A stretch of DNA of 64,000 nucleotides from Minisyncoccota bacterium (GTDB lineage: Bacteria > Patescibacteriota > Minisyncoccia > Phycocordibacterales > JBAYGS01), in contig JBAYGS010000001.1 of NCBI GenBank assembly GCA_041666545.1, positions 89,942 to 153,941 of the forward strand, given 5' to 3'. The translations under genes were made by a program, and so were the position numbers. The notes under the pieces were generated by a model. The model did not search any database and was not told the DNA's origin. It was given only the letters and a program-made list of their open reading frames with translations. Positions 1 through 9,250 of the stretch are shown here, piece after piece (within the stretch, counting starts at the first letter, position 1; each line of letters begins with the position of its first letter).

Positions 1-357
1 GCTGATGACAAGGCGATAGGAGGACTTCGTACCCTTTTTGTCCGGCAGATAGCGGCCGCGAGTTTCCACACGAACGCCGCCCTTGTCACCGGATGCCCAA
101 GAAACCACTCGATGATTGAGAGCATCGCGACCTTCGGGTATGGTAATCCGATATGACCATCGGTGGCCGATATCGGTCGGGAAGTAATCCCATGGTTGGC
201 CGAGAGGATGTTCGCCGGCCATTTCGGCCGAGACTGCGACCGCTCTTGCGGTTGCGCCTCCGGGTCTGGGGTTGCTGGTTTGTTGCGGATTATCGCAACC
301 GAGAAACAAGACTGTACACGCCGTCAGGAGCAGGGTAATCTGAACACGACTTTTCAT
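1..357 (-). CDS. lipoprotein, 5' portion (gene runs off window start)
   Basis: Reverse-strand ATG at 357-355 gives MKSRVQITLLLTACTVLFLGC, a signal peptide plus lipobox. The frame stays open to position 1. It is absent from the ORF track because no stop lies within the window. Confidence 0.4.
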   Translation of the reverse strand, partial: MKSRVQITLLLTACTVLFLGCDNPQQTSNPRPGGATARAVAVSAEMAGEHPLGQPWDYFPTDIGHRWSYRITIPEGRDALNHRVVSWASGDKGGVRVETRGRYLPDKKGTKSSYRLVIS

Positions 358-452
358 GGGGTCCTCTCTTGCTGTTGATGGTTGACGAAGAAACTATCCG
401 CTCGAATTCTAGGATAAGAAAATCTGAGTGTCAACGGTTTGTAAAATTTAAA

Positions 453-482
453 GGCCCCTTTGCTCGTGCGAGCAAAGGGGCC
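453..482 (-). terminator. intrinsic terminator after pyrB
   Basis: Perfect 14-bp stem ggcccctttgctcg/cgagcaaaggggcc with a 2-nt loop, followed by a T-run on the minus strand. Confidence 0.6.
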
Positions 483-498
483 AAGTGTCGTTTTGGCA

Positions 499-1431
499 CT
501 AAGCCAGAATATTCTGAAGCAGGGCCATCCGGACAAACATGCCGTTTTGGGCTTGGTGAAAATAGCGGGCTTGCGGATGTTCATCCACTTCCCTGGCAAT
601 TTCGCCAACGATGGGTAGGGGGTGAAGCAAGATCGCCTTTGAACGGAGCAGGGCCATTGTTTCGAGAGTAATCCGATGAGGCAGATTGGCCGTGGCGTCA
701 CCAACGCGTTCTTTTTGGAAGCGGGTCCAGTAAACCACATCGGCCTCCGGGAATGACTCCTCAAGATCGGTATCCAAACGGAATTCAATCTGTTTTTCCT
801 TAAGGTGGGCCTGGATGTCTTCGCCGATGGTGAGCTCCGGAGTGGAGACAAAAATCAACTTGATATTAAACTTCGACAACAGATAGGCGAGAGATCGAGC
901 AGTTCGCCCGTGCGCCAAATCTCCACCAATCACAACCGTGAGACCGTCGATGTGATCAAATTGCTCATGAATGGTACAGAGGTCGAGGAGCGCCTGGGTG
1001 GGGTGCTGGCCAGTGCCATCACCGGCGTTCACGATTGGAATGTTGAAGCCACAACTGTCACTCACGGCGGCCGCGCGATCGGCCGCGCCGGTGTCACTGT
1101 GACGAATGACAATCACGGAAGGGTAGAATCCGCATAGTACGCGGATGGTGTGCTCAAGAGTTTCACCCTTCACTTCCGAAGAAAATTCCCGACCGCTTTC
1201 GGTGCCGAGAGTTCTCATGCCCAAGTTGAGCGCGGCCATTTGGAAAGAAATGCGAGTTCGAGTCGAAGGTTCGGAAAAATGGTAGAGCAGAGTTTTGCTT
1301 GGAAAAGAGGCCCGCAGGAGGTCGACCCCCTGCTGAGTTTGGAAATGATGACGAATTGTCTGGGTCTGAAGGAACAACTTTTCAAGGGCACTGCGATCAA
1401 ACTGCTGGGCGCGGAGAATGTGATGCTTCAT
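499..1431 (-). CDS. pyrB: aspartate carbamoyltransferase catalytic subunit
   Basis: STRTR, HPTQ and HPLP motifs at 310 aa. HPLP (rather than HCLP) and the length favour ATCase over OTCase. Confidence 0.8.
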   Translation of the reverse strand: MKHHILRAQQFDRSALEKLFLQTQTIRHHFQTQQGVDLLRASFPSKTLLYHFSEPSTRTRISFQMAALNLGMRTLGTESGREFSSEVKGETLEHTIRVLCGFYPSVIVIRHSDTGAADRAAAVSDSCGFNIPIVNAGDGTGQHPTQALLDLCTIHEQFDHIDGLTVVIGGDLAHGRTARSLAYLLSKFNIKLIFVSTPELTIGEDIQAHLKEKQIEFRLDTDLEESFPEADVVYWTRFQKERVGDATANLPHRITLETMALLRSKAILLHPLPIVGEIAREVDEHPQARYFHQAQNGMFVRMALLQNILA

Positions 1432-1482
1432 TTCAATCCTCTTGTTAAGGTTCGGGGTCCACTTCCATAGTAGCGAGAATCA

Positions 1483-1521
1483 GCGCCCTGTCAAACGCCG
1501 CCGCGGCGTTTGACAGGGCGC
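1483..1521. promoter_or_regulatory. perfect 19-bp inverted repeat in the divergent pyrB/1545 intergenic region
   Basis: gcgccctgtcaaacgccgc|cgcggcgtttgacagggcgc, seen directly. Candidate operator or structural element. Confidence 0.5.
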
Positions 1522-1544
1522 GAAAAACGCGTAAAGTTATCTAA

Positions 1545-2426
1545 ATGAAGAACCTAATTAAAGTTTTATTTTTACTGGTCGTAACAGCACTCCTGGCCAC
1601 GGGCTCCGATTTGGCCAGAGCCGAAAATTTACCCGTCACTATTTCGATTGATGCGGCTGGCAGCATTAAGCTTGGCGGGGTCAAAGTTGTTCAGGTGGCC
1701 GGTACAACTTTTTATGCTCGCACCACCTGGGGCAATTCATTCATCCGCTACATCATAAAGACCGATTCTGACACGGTTTTCACTCGCCATTTTGGCGGAC
1801 CGGCCGTAGTCGGCGAAGTCGTGGCCGATCATTTTCTAAACCTGGAGGGTTACCTCGACGCCTCGTCTGACACGATTTCAATTAAAGCCAAGACAATTCA
1901 GAATTTGTCACTGAATGACGAGAAATCAGCTTTTTCCGGTAAGGTCAAAAGTTTGAATCTGGCCAACTCGCAATTTACCCTAACTGACAAAACCAAGGGT
2001 GACATCACGGTCGCGCTTGGTTCCGACACTTCAATAATTCGAAATGGTCGAGTCATCGACCGCAGTATTTTGAAAGTTGGGGATACAATTACCAAAGCTG
2101 ACGGTACCTACGATATTCCGAAAAAAATTCTGACCGCTAAAAATTTGGAAGTCTACCTAAACAGGAGTATGTTTTGGCCAAAAAATTTTCAAGGCGTTTT
2201 GAGGCGTCTGGATTCAACCACTTTACCGACCCAGGCAACAATCGCCATCGCCGGCACCGATTATACGGTAAAATTGCCGACTGATATTTTGATTCTGGAC
2301 AACAAGAAAAACAAAACGAAGTTGGGGCGATATTTGGAAGGGGACACGGTCCGCGTTTACGGCGCCATCCAAGAAGACGATTTTTCACTAATTATTGCAG
2401 AGGTAATTCGAAATATTGATCTCTAG
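1545..2426 (+). CDS. secreted hypothetical protein
   Basis: N-terminal signal peptide MKNLIKVLFLLVVTALLATGSDLARA. No recognisable catalytic motif. Confidence 0.55.
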   Translation: MKNLIKVLFLLVVTALLATGSDLARAENLPVTISIDAAGSIKLGGVKVVQVAGTTFYARTTWGNSFIRYIIKTDSDTVFTRHFGGPAVVGEVVADHFLNLEGYLDASSDTISIKAKTIQNLSLNDEKSAFSGKVKSLNLANSQFTLTDKTKGDITVALGSDTSIIRNGRVIDRSILKVGDTITKADGTYDIPKKILTAKNLEVYLNRSMFWPKNFQGVLRRLDSTTLPTQATIAIAGTDYTVKLPTDILILDNKKNKTKLGRYLEGDTVRVYGAIQEDDFSLIIAEVIRNIDL

Positions 2427-2622
2427 AGCTTTCCGGTGCTAAAAGATTTTTGGTCCAGCTCGACCCTAATTATTGGCTTAAAATCGGGGCGGTTTCACTG
2501 ATGGCCCGAAAACCGGCTATTCTATTGACATTTTTGGACAATTAGTATATACAAAGTACAGAATGCTGAGCATCAATTTGCTTGGTTAGGAGACCTTTAA
2601 CAACAAAAAGAAAGGCTAGTAT

Positions 2623-3843
2623 ATGCACGTTTCAATTGCAACTGCACCAGGTTCGGCCCATATCAACCCGGGCCAACCCGGTAAGATCAATAACCAGGAT
2701 GTGGTTTTGCGAATCGACCGACCGGATGGTCTGGTCGCCGTCCTCTGTGACGGTTGCGGTTCGCAGCCAAATTCTGCGACCGGCGCCGATATCGGTGCCA
2801 AACTGGTCGCGAAGGCGCTTACAAGTCAGCTCGACCGAGGGGTCGTGCCGGACAAGCTCGACTGGGAGCAAGTAGAATCGGAAGTCTGTGAGCAAATCGC
2901 GGCAATTGCGAAGACGATGACCCGAGGAGATCAGAGGGCCGATTTCGAGAAAACAATCGAATCGACCTTTCTCTTCACGATTATCGCTCTCGTGATTGCT
3001 GGTGATGCGGTTGCAGTGGCTCATTTGGGCGACGGGGTTTTGATTGTTGAAGATGACGCGACCATTTTGGATCCGCCTATCAAGAACAGTCCGCCCTATC
3101 TGGCCTACAATCTGCTCACTAAGACCGCCTATCACGATCCGAATCTGGTGAAGCATCTAAGCTTCACCGTCTTTGTCGCCTTCGACCTCAAGAAACTTGA
3201 AAAGGGTTTGGTTGTGGCGACTGATGGTTTCAAGCCACTTGTCGGCGAGGATTTCCATCATCCGTCTTTAGTTCAGAAGACCAACCTGCAACGCTGGCTC
3301 AACATCCACACAGCCGAGCGAATCGAATCGGGCACGTTTGTTCCCGGGCAGTGTCGCGATGATGTCAGTCTGGTGATTGCCCGCTCTGATGAGGCTCAGA
3401 ATAAGCTTCTGGCTGCGCGTCATGAGATGGTGGTTCTCAAAGGCCAGATCACGAAACTGACTGGCAAGGTTGATGATCTGACCGCCAAGCTCGCTACGAC
3501 CACTGCCGAGGCGAAGGCGTTCGAAGAAGAATGCACAAGCCTCGAAGCTGAAGTCAAAAGGCTAAAAAGGGAGCTCGGCAAGCTTGAAGCTCTGTCGGAA
3601 ATGGCACCGAAACTTTTGGCTAAGGCCAAGGAGTTTGATGGTGTCACCGGACGAGGACAACTTCGGCGTCTCGCCACAGAACTGGTTGAACTGACCAGGG
3701 TCAAGAAGGTGACAGTGAGGCCTCCGGGCTTCCTGGGCACAATCGGTAGCCTACTTTCCGGCAAACCGGCTTCGTCAACCAAAATCGTTGTTGAAGACGA
3801 TGGTGGTGATCCCGGCGGTACGTTTATTACGACCTGTGGCTAG
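2623..3843 (+). CDS. PP2C-family protein phosphatase with C-terminal coiled-coil (TerY-P-like triad member)
   Basis: VAVLCDGCGS and VVATDGF are PP2C metal-binding motifs. The C-terminal heptad-rich region KLTGKVDDLTAKLATTTAEAKAFEEECTSLEAEVKRLKRELGKLEAL is a coiled coil. Upstream promoter: TTGACA-N15-TATATA. Confidence 0.6.
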   Translation: MHVSIATAPGSAHINPGQPGKINNQDVVLRIDRPDGLVAVLCDGCGSQPNSATGADIGAKLVAKALTSQLDRGVVPDKLDWEQVESEVCEQIAAIAKTMTRGDQRADFEKTIESTFLFTIIALVIAGDAVAVAHLGDGVLIVEDDATILDPPIKNSPPYLAYNLLTKTAYHDPNLVKHLSFTVFVAFDLKKLEKGLVVATDGFKPLVGEDFHHPSLVQKTNLQRWLNIHTAERIESGTFVPGQCRDDVSLVIARSDEAQNKLLAARHEMVVLKGQITKLTGKVDDLTAKLATTTAEAKAFEEECTSLEAEVKRLKRELGKLEALSEMAPKLLAKAKEFDGVTGRGQLRRLATELVELTRVKKVTVRPPGFLGTIGSLLSGKPASSTKIVVEDDGGDPGGTFITTCG

Positions 3844-3893
3844 ATCGGAACCAAAATCAAAAAAGGGCTCGCTAAAAGGGCCGGAAAGGAAAA

Positions 3894-4940
3894 ATGTTCC
3901 GCATCAAAGTGCGTGATTGGAAACAACGGAATTTCAAGCAGATTGGTGAGGGTGGCGAAGCCGTCATCTACAAAATGAGAGAAGACTTGGTTGCCAAAAT
4001 CTTCCGTCAGCCGGACGATTTGGAATTCAAGGAAGACGCTGCCTCAAGAGAGGCCGCGAAAGTCAGGCTGGATGAAATGCAAACTAAGCTCCTGGAATTC
4101 CCAACGGATCTGCCGGAGGCTCTGATTGCCCCGACTGCTGTCCTTGTTGATGGTCGCGACGAAGTCTTTGGTTATGTGATGCCGTTTGTCAAAGGCACCT
4201 CACTGGATGCCGAGACCCGAACCGACAGTAAACTTAGCCTGAGAGAGCGGTACAAAGTAATCACCGAACTTCACGACCTAATCTCTGGCCTTCATGCCAA
4301 AGATGTCGTGGTCGGAGATCTAGGCGAGAATAACCTCTTGCTCCGCGAGCAGGATTTGGCGCTTCGGATGATCGATGCTGATAGTCTCCAATTTGGACCC
4401 TATCAATGCCGGACATTTGTGCCCCGTTTCGTCGACCCGAAGATTTTGGGTATCGGCGGAAACGTGGGGCTAGAAATTCCGACGAAACTTGCAAAAGCCA
4501 AAAAGACTCGTTCGACCGGTCGGAAATCTTCGACCCAAACTACCCGAAAGCGGAAAACCAAAAAAGCTGAGAAGCTTATCCCTGAGGTGTCGGCAGTCAA
4601 CAAGGCTGTCTATTCTTTGGTGGCGCCGCACTACAAGCTGGGTGACTGGTACTCCTATTTGGTGACAGTCATGAGGCTTCTTACTTTCACTGATCCGTAT
4701 GCCGGCGTTGTTGCCGGAATGGATCTTAGTGAGAGATTGGCCAACCGCGTCACCGTCTTTGATCCACGGGTAATTTATCCGGAAAACGCCAGGTCCCTGA
4801 AAGAGGTTCCGAGGCCGATTCTTGAGATATTTTTCCAGGTGTTTCATCGTGGTGAGCGGTTTGTACCAGAGAAGGCAGTGTTCGAGTCCCTGTTGGGTAA
4901 GTCATCAGTGTCTGAAAACAAAAAACAAGCCAAGCTTTAG
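3894..4940 (+). CDS. Ser/Thr protein kinase-like protein (TerY-P-like triad member)
   Basis: Glycine loop IGEGGEAVIYK; VAKIF is the VAIK lysine; HAKDVVVGDLGENN is a degenerate catalytic loop; basic K/R-rich linker. Confidence 0.55.
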   Translation: MFRIKVRDWKQRNFKQIGEGGEAVIYKMREDLVAKIFRQPDDLEFKEDAASREAAKVRLDEMQTKLLEFPTDLPEALIAPTAVLVDGRDEVFGYVMPFVKGTSLDAETRTDSKLSLRERYKVITELHDLISGLHAKDVVVGDLGENNLLLREQDLALRMIDADSLQFGPYQCRTFVPRFVDPKILGIGGNVGLEIPTKLAKAKKTRSTGRKSSTQTTRKRKTKKAEKLIPEVSAVNKAVYSLVAPHYKLGDWYSYLVTVMRLLTFTDPYAGVVAGMDLSERLANRVTVFDPRVIYPENARSLKEVPRPILEIFFQVFHRGERFVPEKAVFESLLGKSSVSENKKQAKL

Positions 4941-4966
4941 AGCCTGGCCAACGAGAAAGGAAAAAA

Positions 4967-5740
4967 ATGGCAAATGCTCCAATTCTACGAGGTCAAGGTG
5001 GCCGGAATCCAAAACCAGTCGATGAGATTGATCTGGATTCGTTTCTGGGTGGTGCGACCCCTGGCAATCAAGATAGCGATTCGGATGTGAGCGAGGGCGA
5101 AAATGAACCGACCCCGCCGCGACGCCAAACTTTGGCGCCGCCAACCTCCGACCGCTTGGTTGTCGTCGGGATTCTTCTCGACGACTCTGGGTCGATGAAG
5201 GACGGCAACATCTACAAGTCAGCAATTGATGGTATTCACGTCGGAGTGGAGGCCTTCAGGGGTGCGAGAGGTAGCGACTTCTATCTCATTGTTGAAGGAT
5301 TCAATCAGCTCTACTTCGAAGGTCTGATTGGTGAAGTCACCAAGGACTCATTCAATGCGTATGTACCTAATCACGGTTGTACGCCCCTCGTTGGAACTGC
5401 CATCAGCCTGGTGAAGAAAATGCAACAAGTGGCTGAAGGCTATGCCGCCATGGGAATCTCGGCTAGCACGGCAATGCTTCTCATTACTGACGGCCTGCCC
5501 GATGACCAACCGGCAGACTTCAGGGCGTATGTCGAAAAGGTGGGATATGTCGTTGGGATGGGTTGTGCTCTCCGCATCAACTCCGATCGCCTCGACGAAG
5601 GGGCGGTCAGGGCGTACCATGCCTGCTTTACCGGAATGGGTATCAAGACGATTGTGACACCTGGCGCCGAGCCTCCGGAGATCCGTCATGAAATCAACCA
5701 GTTCAGCCGAAGCGTGGCGGCGATTGCCGGCAACGCCTGA
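4967..5740 (+). CDS. von Willebrand factor A domain protein (TerY-like)
   Basis: MIDAS motif DDSGSM, downstream T and ITDGLPDD, and an N-terminal low-complexity acidic linker. Confidence 0.65.
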   Translation: MANAPILRGQGGRNPKPVDEIDLDSFLGGATPGNQDSDSDVSEGENEPTPPRRQTLAPPTSDRLVVVGILLDDSGSMKDGNIYKSAIDGIHVGVEAFRGARGSDFYLIVEGFNQLYFEGLIGEVTKDSFNAYVPNHGCTPLVGTAISLVKKMQQVAEGYAAMGISASTAMLLITDGLPDDQPADFRAYVEKVGYVVGMGCALRINSDRLDEGAVRAYHACFTGMGIKTIVTPGAEPPEIRHEINQFSRSVAAIAGNA

Positions 5741-5772
5741 AATCGGTTCTCAGTTCTTTTGTTGGATAAGCC

Positions 5773-5800
5773 AGGCCCGATCCTTTGGATCGGGCCTTTT
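5773..5800 (+). terminator. intrinsic terminator after vWA gene
   Basis: aggcccgatcc-tttg-gatcgggcct followed by ttt. Confidence 0.6.
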
Positions 5801-5850
5801 ATATTTCTTAATATATCTTCAATCTCCGATTTTTTAGCCACAATCCCCAC

Positions 5851-5886
5851 CTGCACTAATTCCTGCGATAGCGGGAATTAGTGCAG
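5851..5886. repeat. 13-bp perfect inverted repeat with 10-nt spacer
   Basis: ctgcactaattcc ... ggaattagtgcag, at the boundary between the GC-rich triad island and AT-rich frr. Confidence 0.5.
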
Positions 5887-5977
5887 TCGTAAGTACCCGT
5901 CTAATGCCGAGTTTCGATTTCTCGAGCAATCGGTTATACTGTAGGCATAGTAAATAAACTAACTAAAAATTAAAAAT

Positions 5978-6526
5978 ATGTTTGATTTCACCAAAATTAA
6001 AAAGCAAATCGCCGAAGTTGAAGCTTGGCTTACTAAAGAATTCTCCGGCATCAGAACCAATCGCGCGACCCCGGCCTTTCTTGATGGCATCAAAGTCGAT
6101 TCCTACGGCTCATTGATGTCCATAAATCAGATTGCTGCGATTTCGGTCGAAGATGCCCGAAGCTTGCGCATTGCCCCTTGGGATCATTCACAAGGGAAGA
6201 CAATTGAGAAAGCAATTACTGCTGCCAATCTGGGAGTTTCGGTCTCGGCCGACGATAAGGGTGTGCGCGTGACTTTTCCGGAACTTTCGGCAGAGAGGCG
6301 AGAACAAATTATTAAATTAGCCAAGGCTAAACTGGAGGATGCCCGCAAATCCTTGCGCGCTAACCGCGACGAAGTTGTTCGCGAACTGCAAGGTAAGGAA
6401 AAGGAAGGGGGTCTCGGCAAAGATGACATTTTCCGTCTCAAAGGTGATGTACAAAAGTTGGTTGATGCCGGAAATAAAAAACTGGAAGAGATGCTCGGTA
6501 AAAAAGAGCAAGAAATTAGCTCGTAG
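5978..6526 (+). CDS. frr: ribosome recycling factor
   Basis: GIRTNRA, LDGIKVDSYG and the VTFPELSAERR signature at 182 aa. Confidence 0.9.
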   Translation: MFDFTKIKKQIAEVEAWLTKEFSGIRTNRATPAFLDGIKVDSYGSLMSINQIAAISVEDARSLRIAPWDHSQGKTIEKAITAANLGVSVSADDKGVRVTFPELSAERREQIIKLAKAKLEDARKSLRANRDEVVRELQGKEKEGGLGKDDIFRLKGDVQKLVDAGNKKLEEMLGKKEQEISS

Positions 6527-6672
6527 CGAGCAATAACCAATAACCAAGAGACGATAACCAAGTCCGAACGCGTAGTCATCAATTGGAATTTTGATTCATT
6601 GAATATTGTTTGGAGCTTGTTTCTTGATTATTGGTTATTTTGCAAAAACTTTGATTTAGTTTTTCACCTCTT

Positions 6673-7764
6673 ATGTCCATAATCATTTTTCTAATAATTC
6701 TCGCCGTGCTAATTTTTGTCCATGAATTAGGGCATTTTTTGATTGCCAAAAAATCCGGTATTAGAGTGGACGAATTTGCTATCGGCTTTCCGCCGAAAAT
6801 TTTCGCCTGGCAAAGAGGTGAAACTAAGTACACCATCAATCTGATACCCTTCGGCGGTTTCGTAAAAATTTTCGGCGAAAACCCTGACGATGAATCAATT
6901 TCCGGCCCCGACTCCGCCCGAAGTTTTGTAAATAAGAACCGTGGCATTCAGGCGGGGGTTCTGATTGCCGGCATCCTCTTCAACTTACTTTTTGCCTGGA
7001 TTTTAATTTCCGGCAGTTTAAGCTTAGGTCTTAACACTTCCGTTTCCGGTTATGAAAAATACTCGCCGGACGCCAAGGTTTTGGTTGTCTCAGTTCTGCC
7101 GAATTCGCCAGCCTTCAGAGCCGGTCTTCAGGCGGGGGATAAAATCGAAAATCTTTCAATTGGCGCTAATCAATTATCCAAACTTACGGTTGCCGACACT
7201 CAAAATTTCATTTTCAATTCCAACGGGACACCCATCAAAATCGCGGCAACTCGAGGGATGGAGAAGCTTGACCTAACAGTTTTACCGGAGGCGGGGATTG
7301 TGCCAGACAAAATGGCTATCGGGGTTTCTCTCGATCTGGTTGGCACCCTGCGACTGCCAATTCACCGGGCAATTTATGAAGGTGCCAAAATTACTGCGAG
7401 CCTGACAAAGGAAACAGCTATCGGCCTGGCTAAATTTGTCTATCAGATTTTTGCCGGCTCAGCTGATTTTTCTCAGGTAGCCGGGCCAGTAGGAATCGTC
7501 GGTTTAGTTGGTGGCGCCGCCAAGTCCGGCCTATCATACCTCTTAACCTTTACAGCTTTTATCTCTATTAACCTAGCCGTAATCAATCTGGTTCCTTTTC
7601 CAGCGCTCGATGGTGGTCGCTTACTTTTCGTCGCTATCGAAGCGATTCGCCGAAAAAATATTAATCCCAAAATTGCCAATATTGTAAACGGCATCGGTTT
7701 TGCCATTTTAATTCTCCTAATGATTTTGGTGACCTATCACGATATTGCCAAACTTGTCAGCTAG
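6673..7764 (+). CDS. rseP: RIP zinc metalloprotease RseP (site-2 protease, M50) with PDZ domain
   Basis: HELGHF HExxH motif in TM1, a central PDZ-like segment, and the C-terminal LDGG motif. Confidence 0.85.
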   Translation: MSIIIFLIILAVLIFVHELGHFLIAKKSGIRVDEFAIGFPPKIFAWQRGETKYTINLIPFGGFVKIFGENPDDESISGPDSARSFVNKNRGIQAGVLIAGILFNLLFAWILISGSLSLGLNTSVSGYEKYSPDAKVLVVSVLPNSPAFRAGLQAGDKIENLSIGANQLSKLTVADTQNFIFNSNGTPIKIAATRGMEKLDLTVLPEAGIVPDKMAIGVSLDLVGTLRLPIHRAIYEGAKITASLTKETAIGLAKFVYQIFAGSADFSQVAGPVGIVGLVGGAAKSGLSYLLTFTAFISINLAVINLVPFPALDGGRLLFVAIEAIRRKNINPKIANIVNGIGFAILILLMILVTYHDIAKLVS

Positions 7765-7788
7765 AAAGTATAAGTGTAAAGTATAGGT

Positions 7789-8283
7789 ATGAATCCGAAT
7801 CCAGAAGAGATAAAATTCGATAAGAGTGCACAAGCCGAAAAGTTGTTGGCCGATTTGCGACTTTACAATGGCGTGCAAATGAAATTGATGAAGCGAATGC
7901 TAAAAGATCACCCAGGTGGCGCCAGCGCCAATTTTGAAATTTGGGTTGATTGTTGCTCTCCCGAATATCGCGAGGGTTTCTTCCAAATACTAAGGGACGA
8001 TCCAGATTTCCTTAAACGCTACCAGGAATCCGAGGGCGACGCCCTCTCGGCTGTTGAAGACAGGATCGGTATGCTACAAGAATTGGAGAAGCAATTAGCA
8101 ATCAAATTTGCCGGGGAGACTTCAGATAAGGCAATCTCGGATTGGCGCAAGAAAAATGCCAAGAGGCTGATGCAAATTCTGCACGAGAACCAGGAACTAG
8201 CCCTGCCTTTCGTCAATCATACTCATGATGATATTGAGGATGAGCAAGTCGCTCTGCAAAAAATCGAGGAATTGCTGAAGTAA
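7789..8283 (+). CDS. hypothetical protein
   Basis: Clean ORF followed by a strong terminator at 8286-8315. No recognisable motif. Confidence 0.45.
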   Translation: MNPNPEEIKFDKSAQAEKLLADLRLYNGVQMKLMKRMLKDHPGGASANFEIWVDCCSPEYREGFFQILRDDPDFLKRYQESEGDALSAVEDRIGMLQELEKQLAIKFAGETSDKAISDWRKKNAKRLMQILHENQELALPFVNHTHDDIEDEQVALQKIEELLK

Positions 8284-8342
8284 TTAAAAAACCACCCGAT
8301 TTCGCGGGTGGTTTTCGATTTCTCTTGCGTTCTCTTCACTCT

Positions 8343-9116
8343 TCACTTCGTGTCCGGGAATCGAAACCGGACACTGGTGAGCCGAATCGGCGCGCCGTCG
8401 AGGCGGGGCCGAAGATAGTTCATGACCAGCTCCTCGAACCGTTTCTGTTGCTCCTGCCGGAGCGGGTTCGTGAACTCGGCCATTTCTTTGCTGTGCTGAT
8501 CTTGGAAATCATACAACAGCATCGCCAAGTACTTTTTCACGATTTCGTCCTCGGACTTCGTTTCGAAGCCGTACTTTTCGCTGGCCGTCGCCGTGAAGCT
8601 CAAGAGACTTGCCATCTCTGCCAGCGTGCCACCATATGTGAACCTTGTTTCGTACAGGATACTCCGAACTTTTGGGTTCGAGGTTATCGGCACAACATTC
8701 ATTTCCGTCATGGCAGGGTGTGTGTTGTAACTGACCAATCGAAGTCCGTTATTGAGTATCGTCTCATACGAATCACGACTGATAGCCTCTTCGTGCTTGA
8801 ACACGCGATAGACCACAGCCCCACTACGGCTCACCAGTAAGGTGTGCGGGTTGATAAGGACGATCTGTCGCGCCACACCCGTGATATTTCCGTCATGAAA
8901 TGTTCCGACCACCACTCCTCCGAGGATAAGCGCGACAAGGGCCGCAACGGCTCCAAACTCCAATTGATCACCGAAATCGAACCTCTTCGGAAAGCGTCGG
9001 CAAATCAGGCCGACGCCAAAGCCGACGGCAGGGACCAACCCTAACCAGAGGAAGAGACAGAAGTGGGTAGTGCTACAGAGGATGGAAGTGAAGTCTGTCA
9101 TAAGGCCACCTTTCAA
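8343..9116 (-). CDS. membrane-anchored protein, paralog 1 (possibly SPFH/band-7-like)
   Basis: N-terminal TM helices. The C-terminal domain shares blocks with the upstream paralog: NPKV, YxFQxQxSKExAxFxNP and RxxSVxF. GC-rich. Confidence 0.45.
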   Translation of the reverse strand: MKGGLMTDFTSILCSTTHFCLFLWLGLVPAVGFGVGLICRRFPKRFDFGDQLEFGAVAALVALILGGVVVGTFHDGNITGVARQIVLINPHTLLVSRSGAVVYRVFKHEEAISRDSYETILNNGLRLVSYNTHPAMTEMNVVPITSNPKVRSILYETRFTYGGTLAEMASLLSFTATASEKYGFETKSEDEIVKKYLAMLLYDFQDQHSKEMAEFTNPLRQEQQKRFEELVMNYLRPRLDGAPIRLTSVRFRFPDTK

Positions 9117-9203
9117 TTTTTTGGTTTTTGATGTTTACCGTTTCTGCATCGGACTATACACCCAAAAGGGGATAAAGTCAAGCCCTGAAAAACCATTAAA
9201 AAG

Positions 9204-9230
9204 CCCACGTTTTGCACTGCAAAACGTGGG
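9204..9230 (-). terminator. intrinsic terminator between the two paralogs
   Basis: cccacgttttgc-act-gcaaaacgtggg with a T-run on the minus strand. Confidence 0.6.
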
Positions 9231-9250
9231 CAATTGATTCAAATAGGTCC

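Noticed and set aside
354-851. 165-aa minus-strand ORF overlapping pyrB
   Set aside because: It lies in an alternative frame of the well-supported pyrB gene, with no motif support.
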